64,000 nt of DNA from Macrostomum lignano (taxonomy: Eukaryota). Where the stretch lies: the NCBI GenBank assembly GCA_002269645.1, contig NIVC01001321.1, forward strand, positions 250,525 to 314,524, given 5' to 3'. Positions 50,401-58,736 of the stretch are shown piece after piece. Each line of letters begins with the position of its first letter. Positions within the stretch are counted from its first letter, which is position 1. A program made the translations under genes and the position numbers. The notes under the pieces are model-generated. The model saw nothing but the letters and a program-made list of their open reading frames with translations. It searched no databases and had not been told where the DNA came from.

Positions 50401-50754
50401 CCAGTAGTCGTGTAGTGCATGGATCGAGACTTACAAACAGTACTGAAGTGGTTTTTCTTTCCACACTTGGAGCAGCTTTTTCCGAAAGCGGGGCATCTGC
50501 CTTCGGGGTGTGACTTGCCACAGTACCGACAGGCGCTGATTGTGCGATGAGAGCTTGCATGCTGCGATGTCTCAGGCCGACCGGATTGAGCGTAATGAAG
50601 GGTGGCTTCGTAGGTGCATGGTGATTTAGATTGGCCGGTTGCCTTGTCCATCTGCCTGGCGACGAAGCCATCGACTTGCTCTAGGTTGCGCATGAAGTCC
50701 GTGATTTCTGAGACGGACATCAGTTTCAGCTGCATTGCTTCGAGTACCCCTTCT
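47433..50754 (-). CDS. Ty3/Gypsy gag-pol polyprotein, 5'-truncated (Zn knuckles, protease, RT, RNase H, integrase)
   Basis: CRYCGKSHPEGRC and CSKCGKKNHFSTVC; IDTGAS; LRMCADY, VDLRSAYWQI, YQDD; TDAS..TDH..DALSR; HHCC plus D-D-E (HMDW, SDNAPEF, AERAV). The frame stays open to the Polinton junction. The RNase H EKE motif reads ERG. Confidence 0.95.
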
Positions 50755-50952
50755 AGTAGTAGGGGAAATGTGGACTCTGCCGCAGGAATTTCCGTGGGAA
50801 AATCACGGGCCTATGTGTGTAAACATAGCGCCTATGTAAATGCATTGGTGGACTCTGCCGCAGGGAAAGCCATGGAAATTCCATGGGGCCTTAGTGAGAG
50901 AACATAGGCCTATGTTTTTCTATTGCTGTATGTCTGCTGCAGTGGTTTAGTC

Positions 50953-50960
50953 TATATAAG
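50953..50960 (+). promoter_or_regulatory. Canonical TATA box upstream of the first Polinton ORF
   Basis: TATATAAG, 86 nt upstream of ATG 51039. Confidence 0.5.
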
Positions 50961-51038
50961 GACCAAAAAATCTCTTTGATTCATGAAAAATCGAATTTTT
51001 TTTTCAACGAGATTTTTTTTTCTGTTAGAGTTTAAGTC

Positions 51039-51803
51039 ATGGACATCGGCGAAGGATATAAACTCCAAATACAGGAGTATGAAGGAGTTATGTTCATTGC
51101 TATCAGAAAATTTTACCGACATGGCAGCACTGCGAGTTTGAAACCTGGAGTCCCCGGCTTCAATTTGAACATCCGTCAGTGGGAGAAGCTCAAGGAGTTG
51201 AAGCGATCACTTGTCAAGGCGGCCTTGGACAAACAGCCAAAGGTTGTCAAACTCGGCTTCGATAAGTTCATCGAAGTGAAAAACGGCATTATCTGGTTAA
51301 AGCGATTGCCGGAGGACTGCTGCGACGAGTTTCTTAAGCGGAACACCGTGCCGCTGACACCGCCGCTGTGGCGAAAGCTGTGGCAGTACGCGGATTGGAT
51401 CGACGAGCAGCTATCGGCTCCACGTGAGATTTCCGATGCATACGAGCTGGAGTCGGGATCTTCCTCCGACAGCATCGAAAATGAAGACGATGCTGGCGAA
51501 AACGCGGAAGAGACCAAGCCGGTAGTGAAGGCGGAGGACGATGCTGCTGCTGCTGCTGGCGAGGCTGGCATGCCATCCAATCTGCAAATCGACACAGCGT
51601 TTGCCACTTCAACGCCTCTGCAACTGACCAAGCCAGCAGCTGGAGCGATTCCTCGGCAGGACACTGATCTGCAAGAGGACCCAGTCTGGTACCAGTTCCG
51701 AGCTCAAGCAGCCGCCGCTGAGAACGCCAGGAAACGCAAGCAGCCGCCATTCGCTCTGCGCAGATTGGATGCCATGAAGCTGCCCAGGCCGTGCTTCGAC
51801 TGA
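51039..51803 (+). CDS. PC4/Sub1-like ssDNA-binding protein with acidic low-complexity tail
   Basis: IGEGYKLQIQEYEGVMFIAIRKFY..LKPGVPGFNLNIRQWEKLKE aligns by eye to the PC4 core (IG..RYVSV..FKG...IDIREYW...KPG.KGISL...QW..LKE). A weaker second repeat follows. Confidence 0.8.
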   Translation: MDIGEGYKLQIQEYEGVMFIAIRKFYRHGSTASLKPGVPGFNLNIRQWEKLKELKRSLVKAALDKQPKVVKLGFDKFIEVKNGIIWLKRLPEDCCDEFLKRNTVPLTPPLWRKLWQYADWIDEQLSAPREISDAYELESGSSSDSIENEDDAGENAEETKPVVKAEDDAAAAAGEAGMPSNLQIDTAFATSTPLQLTKPAAGAIPRQDTDLQEDPVWYQFRAQAAAAENARKRKQPPFALRRLDAMKLPRPCFD

Positions 51804-51970
51804 TTGCAGACCCTCTGACATTGAGACAAACTCTGTGCTACGAGCTATTTATCCAGACCTGCTTTCCATCTCTTTGTTTGAAAAAATATATATGCTTGCT
51901 TTCACATGCGCTATGCATTTTCAATGTCTTAAGAAAACCTAAAAATAAAAATGTTTCTTTGTTTCCGAAA

Positions 51971-53038
51971 ATGGAAAAAATTTATTTCAACCCAAATCAG
52001 CCTGCGAGCTATTGCAGTTCTTCAAAACTGCAACCTGAACTGCGAAAAAGAGGCGAGCATATTGGAGTCAAGAGCATTGAGCAGTGGCTAAGTCAGCAGC
52101 CAGTACACACTCTGCATAAGCCAGCTAGAGTACGATTTCCAAGGGCGCCAATAATAGTGAGAGCCATTGATGATCAGTGGGAGATGGATCTGGTGGAAAT
52201 GATTCCATTTGCAAAGTATAATCGCGGGCATAAATACATTCTCACCTGCATTGATGTTTTGTCTAAATTTGCAATGGCCAGAGCACTGAAGTCTAAGAGC
52301 GCGGCAGAAGTGAAATCTGCGTTTGAGAGCATGCTGAAGAGCTCAAAGCGGCAGCCGCGCACTGTCCGCACAGATCAGGGAAAGGAGTTTGTCAACGCAA
52401 TTTTTCGCCAGTTCTGCATAGACCGGGGGATTCTGGCGTTTCCAACTAGCAGTGTGCACAAAGCAGCCATAATTGAAAGATGGAATCGAACTTTAAAAAG
52501 CAAGATGTGGCGTTACTTTACTCACAACAGCACTCTACAATGGCTTGATGTGCTGCCTAAACTGGTCAAGTCCTATAACAATACTTTCCACAGAAGCATC
52601 AAGACTACACCAATGAATGTCAGCAAAGCAAACGAGACTGAAGTGTGGATGAACCTTTATGATGGGAAAGCGATTGAGACAGTTGAGAAACTGAGAAAAC
52701 CGAAGTTCTGTGAAAACCAATCAGTGCGGATTTCCAATGCACCCAGACTCTTCAGGAAGGGATACAAGGCGAACTGGAGCGAAGAGGTGTACACCATAGT
52801 GTCTAGGGCACCAAAGCATTATCCCTACATGTACAGGATTCGAGACATGAAGGGGGAAGACATAAGAGGCCTCTTCCACGAGCATGAGCTGCAAGCTGTT
52901 CCGGACTCGCAGCGGCTGTATGTAATCGAGAAGGTTCTGAAGACTGAGAAGCGGAAGGGTAAGATCCGATATCTCGTCAAGTGGGCCGGCTACAAGTCCA
53001 CTGACTGGGTGGATGAGAAGGACTTAAGAAAAGTGTAA
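51971..53038 (+). CDS. Retroviral-type (rve) integrase with C-terminal chromodomain
   Basis: WEMDLVEM / RTDQGKEF / IIERWNRTLK DDE triad; chromodomain YVIEKVLK..RYLVKWAGY...WV. The true start is inferred at MEKIYFNP. Confidence 0.92.
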   Translation: MEKIYFNPNQPASYCSSSKLQPELRKRGEHIGVKSIEQWLSQQPVHTLHKPARVRFPRAPIIVRAIDDQWEMDLVEMIPFAKYNRGHKYILTCIDVLSKFAMARALKSKSAAEVKSAFESMLKSSKRQPRTVRTDQGKEFVNAIFRQFCIDRGILAFPTSSVHKAAIIERWNRTLKSKMWRYFTHNSTLQWLDVLPKLVKSYNNTFHRSIKTTPMNVSKANETEVWMNLYDGKAIETVEKLRKPKFCENQSVRISNAPRLFRKGYKANWSEEVYTIVSRAPKHYPYMYRIRDMKGEDIRGLFHEHELQAVPDSQRLYVIEKVLKTEKRKGKIRYLVKWAGYKSTDWVDEKDLRKV

Positions 53039-53068
53039 GATACCGACATTGTGCAGCCATTCCCAACT

Positions 53069-53878
53069 ATGAGAAGCATCATCATTTGTAGCGAAAATGC
53101 TGAAGGTACTCCTAGTGACTTTCATTTTCACCTGCCTTCATCTATTTACTTGGATCGAAATGTGGACTATGAGGCAGGTCTGGCTGAAATCCATCTGCCT
53201 GCTGCATGGTTCAATGTTGACGAGCCTTACTGCTTCACTGTCTCAGATGGAAGAGAGCATGAGGCCCTGGTTCTTCAACCCGGACGCTTTGCTAGAGTGG
53301 AGGAACTGGTGGAACGCCTGAATGAGCTGCTGGCCAACTCTGAGTCACTGTTCTTCGATGCAATGAGCGAAAGGGAGTCTGAAATGGAAGCTGATGAGTC
53401 CGGTTTAATGGGGCGGAGCAGCGCTAGAGATATTGGCATAAAGTTTGAAATCCAAGAGTTGAGAACAGTAGTGCTCAACAACACGGCTCGAGCAGAATTG
53501 TTCCTTCCATCAAGTAAAATTCTGCAGTGGCTGGGATTCGGAAACCAGCCTGTGAAGATCCCACCCGGACGGCAAGTGTCACTCTGCTGCATCGGTTGTC
53601 CGCCCACCAACCTGATCAACTTGCACTGCAGCATTGTGGAGCGAACAAACTGTAACTGGAACTCCGTGCTGCGAACTGTGAGCATGTCATCCGATGTCGA
53701 ATGGGGCAGCTACATGAGCAAAGTGTTTAAGAAAGCAATTTTCTTCCCGATTCAGAAAGCTAATTTTCTACATGGCATTAGATTTCAACTGCGTGACATC
53801 TTTGGCTACTCACTGACTGCTCGGAGCAGCAGCCCTGTTCTGCTCACAGTTCATATTCGGGAAAGGCTAATACAATGA
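53069..53878 (+). CDS. Minor capsid (penton-like, PX) protein
   Basis: TPSDFHFHLPSSIYL...YEAGLAEIHLP N-terminal signature and C-terminal IRFQLRDIFG..LLTVHIR. Confidence 0.8.
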   Translation: MRSIIICSENAEGTPSDFHFHLPSSIYLDRNVDYEAGLAEIHLPAAWFNVDEPYCFTVSDGREHEALVLQPGRFARVEELVERLNELLANSESLFFDAMSERESEMEADESGLMGRSSARDIGIKFEIQELRTVVLNNTARAELFLPSSKILQWLGFGNQPVKIPPGRQVSLCCIGCPPTNLINLHCSIVERTNCNWNSVLRTVSMSSDVEWGSYMSKVFKKAIFFPIQKANFLHGIRFQLRDIFGYSLTARSSSPVLLTVHIRERLIQ

Positions 53879-54285
53879 ACTACCAACAGCTGATTCGTCA
53901 GTATTCAGGGACTCTGGCAGGAAGCCAAAAGCCGGCGCTCTATGGCTGTGGGAGTTTTCCAGGAATCATGACTTACCAGCCTCCTCCAGAAGCTTCCACA
54001 AAGTCAATATCGCTATCAAAGCCAGCCCATACCACCGCCAGCGGTAGCAGCAGCAACAGCAGAAGCAATAGAAACAGACCAAAGCAGCGACTAGTCAAAC
54101 AGGGCAGTAAGAAGCAGACAAAAAAGAAGAAAAAGAGTAAGACGGAGAAATCACCGAAAAGAAGCCAGTCAGGGCGAAATAAACCTAAGAAAGGGAGGTC
54201 TAAAACTCAAAGCAAGAAAACAGGCAAAGGAAAGCAAAAAGTGAGCAAAAAGACTGTGAAACGTGTTCTGGACTCGCTCTCATAG
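53875..54285 (+). CDS. Small Lys/Arg/Ser-rich putative core (DNA-condensing) protein
   Basis: 136 aa with a highly basic C-terminal half, located between the two capsid genes; LYGCG motif; ATGA overlap with the penton stop. Confidence 0.6.
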   Translation: MNYQQLIRQYSGTLAGSQKPALYGCGSFPGIMTYQPPPEASTKSISLSKPAHTTASGSSSNSRSNRNRPKQRLVKQGSKKQTKKKKKSKTEKSPKRSQSGRNKPKKGRSKTQSKKTGKGKQKVSKKTVKRVLDSLS

Positions 54286-54287
54286 CA

Positions 54288-55570
54288 ATGGCTTACGGAT
54301 TCAACCCGAGACTCGATTTGTTCAAGTCCCCCATGCTGCAGACTGCCATTGAAAAATCCACATATGTTGATATTCACCCCGTGAACTCTATTGCTACTAA
54401 CTCACCTATTGAATTCGACTGTCATCCATCGGCTGATGAGTACACTGATCTGCTGAGCTCATTCCTGTATATTCGCTGTCGCCTAGTCCGGCTTGGCGGG
54501 GCTTTGATGAGGGAGGAGGTTCGAAATGCCGATGGAGTTGTCACTGAGCGCAGAGACAGTGGGGTGCACCCAGAAAACTTTGTCCTGTCTACGGCATTCT
54601 CAGATGTAATCGTGAGCATCAACCAGCGCATTGTCTCAGGCGGAGACCAGCTCTACCCCTACCATGCCTACCTAAAAGCTCTCATGGCTCATCCGATGCT
54701 CAGCAGTTAAAGTTCTACCCCGCCGGATTCCTGGAACCCGAAACTGCTGCTGAGGGGCATGCCGAGAGACACAGGGAGTCCCGCTGGGTGGAGTATGCGG
54801 GACCGCTGCTCAGCGACATCTTCCAGTGTCCTGTTCTGCTGCTGAACAATTTACACCTGCACATCAAGCTGATGCCCAGTGATGCTGCATTCGCCATTCG
54901 AACCCCAGATGATAACAACACAGCCTACCGAATGGAAATCTCCCACTGCATTCTGAACCTGCGCCGAGTCAAAGTGGCGCCTCACATCAGCCTGGCGCAT
55001 GAACAGGGACTGACCAATCAGAACGCACTCTACCCCATCGAGCGAACCGAAATGCAAAACTTTATTCTACCCCAGGGAATTCAGTCAAAAAACATTGAAG
55101 GATTCACCCATGGCAAACTGCCGAAGTTCGTTATGCTGGTCTTCGTGAACCACCGAGCCTTCAATGGCCATCACCATTCCAGCCCTTTCGAGTTCCAGAG
55201 CTTCAACCTCAGCCAGCTAGCACTAAAGAAAGGTGGTGAAGCCATGTGCCACGCTGCATTTGCACCTGAGAATAATTCATTCGTGAGAGAGTACTTGCAC
55301 TACCTGAAAAGCTGTCAGTCAGCCAGCCCTACCAACTCGGTTCCGTGGGTCCCCTACCAGTTGTTCTCCAACGGCAACACAGCTTTCGCATTCGATCTCA
55401 CGCCTGAGGGAGCGGCCCTGTGGTACGGACAGAAGGAGGGCAATTTGCGGCTGGAGATTCGCTTCCGACAGGCCCTGGAGGAGCCTGTATCTCTGATTGT
55501 TATGTGCCTGTATGACTCACTGATTGAGGTCACCAAGCACAGGGAGATTCTGCTAGATTTTCCATCCTAG
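54288..55570 (+). pseudogene. Major capsid (double jelly-roll, PY/hexon-like) protein with one frameshift near 54688
   Basis: LDLFKSPMLQTAIEKSTYVDIHP..SPIEF and YPYHAYL continue in another frame as SSDAQQL..AGF..GPLLSDIF..LLLNNLHLHIKL..GKLPKFVMLVFV..FDLTP..GNLRLEIRF. One missing base restores a ~427-aa protein. Confidence 0.88.
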
Positions 55571-55593
55571 GAGTACGCTGGCGCAACGCTAAT

Positions 55594-56112
55594 ATGGATG
55601 CTTTTCAACTGCTTAAACTGGCTAAAAGCTTTTTGCCACAAAATAACTGTTTAATTATTGTCTTGAATTCAATAAATAAAACATCTTATGCTTTAAACTT
55701 TATTCAGCGAGCAACTCTCAAAAGAAATTTATCTCGATGTAAGTTTATTTTCTTTCTGCTTCAGTACAGCTCATCCTTCGGTCACTGGGTGGTTTGTTAT
55801 GCTGATAAGGAGAATTCCATAGAACTCTTTAACTCTCTGGGCTGGGACTCCAGCACTTTAGAGATCATTCACAGAGCACTGAAATCCTTTTGGTATTCTC
55901 CATTCTACTTACGTAGCAATGTGAATCGAATTCAGAGCTGTGACTCTGCTAAATGCGGTTTGTTCTGTCTCTTGTTTGCCTATCAAAAGTTTCGTTTCAA
56001 GCGCTCGTTTGAGTGGGTTCTGCGGCACCTCCATGCAAATCAGCAGAGCCACTTGAATGAGAGAATGCTGCAAAGGTTTGAGAGTTGCTTAAGAAAAAAG
56101 AAATTTAATTAG
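55594..56112 (+). CDS. Adenain-like cysteine protease
   Basis: GHWV (His), FNSLG (Asn at the usual Asp position), IQS (Gln) and KCGLFC (Cys). Confidence 0.88.
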   Translation: MDAFQLLKLAKSFLPQNNCLIIVLNSINKTSYALNFIQRATLKRNLSRCKFIFFLLQYSSSFGHWVVCYADKENSIELFNSLGWDSSTLEIIHRALKSFWYSPFYLRSNVNRIQSCDSAKCGLFCLLFAYQKFRFKRSFEWVLRHLHANQQSHLNERMLQRFESCLRKKKFN

Positions 56113-56145
56113 ACTTTCAAAATTAGGGATTTAGCTCAACAGGCG

Positions 56146-56799
56146 ATGGAAACACGTGAGCGGATAAACTGTTATGATGTGCGCCTGCGACAGGGAAGCT
56201 GCATGATTGTCAGCGGGCCTACAAATGCAGGAAAGACAACCTTCGTGAAACATCTGATACAATACAAGGATGTCCTGTTTGATGTGAAGCCTGGGAGAGT
56301 TCTGTGGTACTACGGGATTTCACAAGCAGCACACTCTGAGCTCAGCAGTCTCGGCGTGCACCTGCAGCAGGGATTTCCCAGCAGTATCGAGACCGCACTG
56401 AGACCCAATGACCTGGTTGTATTTGATGACCTGATTGAAGAAACTTCCAATTCTGCTGCAATGCGAAATGTTTTCACTGGAATTGCCCATCATTTGCCCT
56501 GCTTTCTGGTTATGCTCACCCAAAATGTATTTTTTAAAGGGAAGGAGTTGCGAACAATGAGTCTGAATGCGATGTACTTTGTGATCATGAAGAACCCCAG
56601 AGACCAGCTGCAGATTGCAGCGCTGGGCAGGCAGTGCTTTGCTGAGAAGCCCGGATTTCTGCTGTCAGTGTTCAAGCACGTGACATCGCACGGCAGGGGA
56701 GCCTACCTGCTCCTGGATTTTCACCCTTCCACCCCTGATGAGCTGCGGGTCCGGGCTCGAATCCTGCCCAATCAGCGACCCCACCTGGTTTACACTTAA
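56146..56799 (+). CDS. A32/FtsK-HerA-type DNA packaging ATPase
   Basis: Walker A GPTNAGKT, Walker B LVVFDD, LTQN and KNPRD motifs. Confidence 0.92.
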   Translation: METRERINCYDVRLRQGSCMIVSGPTNAGKTTFVKHLIQYKDVLFDVKPGRVLWYYGISQAAHSELSSLGVHLQQGFPSSIETALRPNDLVVFDDLIEETSNSAAMRNVFTGIAHHLPCFLVMLTQNVFFKGKELRTMSLNAMYFVIMKNPRDQLQIAALGRQCFAEKPGFLLSVFKHVTSHGRGAYLLLDFHPSTPDELRVRARILPNQRPHLVYT

Positions 56800-56846
56800 G
56801 AATAACAGCCGAGATTTTGCCATTTGTTCTATATTCTGCAACACTA

Positions 56847-57164
56847 ATGATAATGGAAACCTTTGACTCACATGAAAGTTTGTTTGATGTTCTCGCGTCA
56901 CCGAAATATTCCATCAGCTTTAAACGTCTGTTGATCAGAGCGGGTCCAAAAGCCGTACGTGAATTTCTCATTGAGGCCTGCTACAACCTATTGCAAAACA
57001 CTCTGTCGTTCTCACTCACTCAAAAGGCAGCGCTGGTGAAGCAAAAGCAAATAATCCGCAAAATTTCTACACATAGAAGAACTGCGGATCTGCTAAATAC
57101 GGGTTTTATCAAAATTCTCTACATTCTAATAAAGCTAGTGAAGAAAAAGAAGCAAAATGAATAA
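56847..57164 (+). CDS. Small Polinton-type hypothetical protein
   Basis: EACYNLLQNTLSFSLTQKAALVKQKQIIRKI resembles the short helical ORF usually found after the Polinton ATPase (recollection only). Confidence 0.55.
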   Translation: MIMETFDSHESLFDVLASPKYSISFKRLLIRAGPKAVREFLIEACYNLLQNTLSFSLTQKAALVKQKQIIRKISTHRRTADLLNTGFIKILYILIKLVKKKKQNE

Positions 57165-57878
57165 GTTCTCAGAAATGGTTCTGATCCCCAAGTCAGAGTA
57201 CGACATGCTCACACAGAATTTGAAGCCAGTCGAGTCTGAAATGGACACTGCTGTGAGATATGCGCAGAGGAAATGCAATGATATTTTGCTTGCCGAGGAT
57301 TGCCCAGACGATGTGAAAGCTGCCATGTACCATGATGCGATGAAGAGTTTGCTGGCCAAGCGCAAGCGGACTGGAAAGGATGGTGCGGTACCTGCGAGTG
57401 ATGCAAAGATGCTGAAAACAGATATTGCACCAAGCAGCTGGGGGGAAAAGATCACCCAATCCGTGCCGCAGAAGTTTAAAGCGAGAGCCCGCAGTCTATG
57501 GGCCATCCTATCTGGCAATCCTCTCTGATTCGGGTGTCCGAAAATGGCGAGGCGCAAATTTCTGGGAAGACAATACCCTCCTCAAACATCCTGGATTTGT
57601 TTCACAGTGCGGTGAGGGATTCGAAATGTGCCAGCGAGCCGGTAGGCTGGAGTGAGTTTGTCTCATTGCTTCAAGACAAAAAGCTTAACATCCCAGCTTC
57701 GGCTATAGGAAAGTCAGTAAGGCAGCTAATTTCTAAACCGGCTGTTTCTCCAGAGGCCACCCCTGCACATCATACAGTTAAGGGATTCGGGAGTGGGAGA
57801 GCCTGGCTACACCTGAGCAGGAAAAAAAACTATTTAAGAAGGGGAACTGAGTCGGCTTCCCGACATCTTGCGTCTTGA
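57157..57878 (+). pseudogene. PZ-like Polinton protein split by a 2-nt (CT) insertion near 57524
   Basis: MVLIPKSEY..SVPQKFKARARSLW in one frame, then NGEAQISGKTIPSSNILDL..PVGWSEF..IPASAIG in the next. Removing CT from CCTCTCTG joins them. Confidence 0.7.
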
Positions 57879-57890
57879 AACCATCCGATC

Positions 57891-58736
57891 ATGAACTATA
57901 TTGACTTCCAAGGCTTCCCACGCGAGAGATCGAGCAGAGATTTCGTTGTGAAGGAGCTGGCCATTGCCCAAGTCCGGGCTGGCAGTTACCATATCACTCA
58001 TCACGTGTACGCCTCTCCGTTCTCATGGGACAGAATCTCACCTGAGATGCAAGTACATTACAGAAAGCTCTCAAAGAATTTGCATCATTTCAAGTGGACA
58101 GATGGATCCCGACCGTACATGCATTTGGCTAATGACATTCTAAACATTGCTTACGGTCCCACCTGGACAAGCGGGGTGAAAAAGTCCATCTTTCTGACTG
58201 AGCTGCTTGGCAGACAGGTGTACAACCTAGAGGATCTGGGATCACCTTTGATTCAAGCATCTGATACTGGTTGTGCAGTGAAAAATGTATTACTGTACTA
58301 CAACTGGCTGAAACCGAAGTTCTGTATCAACTTAAGAAGCGAGGTGTGCCCGCACCACTCAAAAGCTCGCAAAGACAGCACCACTGACAGAAAGGACTCT
58401 CTAAATGAGTACACCTGCGACAGCCCTGCGAGTGACCAATCTGGTCGGCGGCGTGGATCTGAGACTTGCTGGAGACAGGGGTGCCCAGTTGCCTCTGCGG
58501 GAACTGGCTCTCAGCATGGCTCATGTCATCTATCGCCCCGTCTGGCCCCGAGTGCTTATCAAGAGGATGCGGAGTCCCAGAGTGACTCTATTGCTCTATC
58601 CGACTGGACAACTGAGTATCTGTGGCGCCCGGAGCTACTCGGCCTCAGTCAGGGCCGCTCGTCGCTTCGTGGCTATGCTGCATCGCAGAGTGCCTGCTCA
58701 ACTGCTGCCTCATCAAACTGTGCATGTGCGGATTAA
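57891..58736 (+). CDS. DnaQ/DEDD-like exonuclease-family Polinton protein (conserved part ~aa 1-141) with a tail overlapping the TBP gene
   Basis: IDFQGF..FVVKELA..HHFKWTDG..YNLEDLGSP..CAVKNV..YNWL pattern recognised from Polinton accessory proteins. Confidence 0.55.
   Translation: MNYIDFQGFPRERSSRDFVVKELAIAQVRAGSYHITHHVYASPFSWDRISPEMQVHYRKLSKNLHHFKWTDGSRPYMHLANDILNIAYGPTWTSGVKKSIFLTELLGRQVYNLEDLGSPLIQASDTGCAVKNVLLYYNWLKPKFCINLRSEVCPHHSKARKDSTTDRKDSLNEYTCDSPASDQSGRRRGSETCWRQGCPVASAGTGSQHGSCHLSPRLAPSAYQEDAESQSDSIALSDWTTEYLWRPELLGLSQGRSSLRGYAASQSACSTAASSNCACAD

Noticed and set aside
51791-51970. 60-aa N-terminal extension of the integrase in the ORF track
   Set aside because: It begins at TTG across an AT-rich intergenic region containing AATAAA; homology starts at Met 51971.
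54680-54710. Programmed -1 ribosomal frameshift in the major capsid gene
   Set aside because: No slippery heptamer is evident; a single-base loss explains it more simply.
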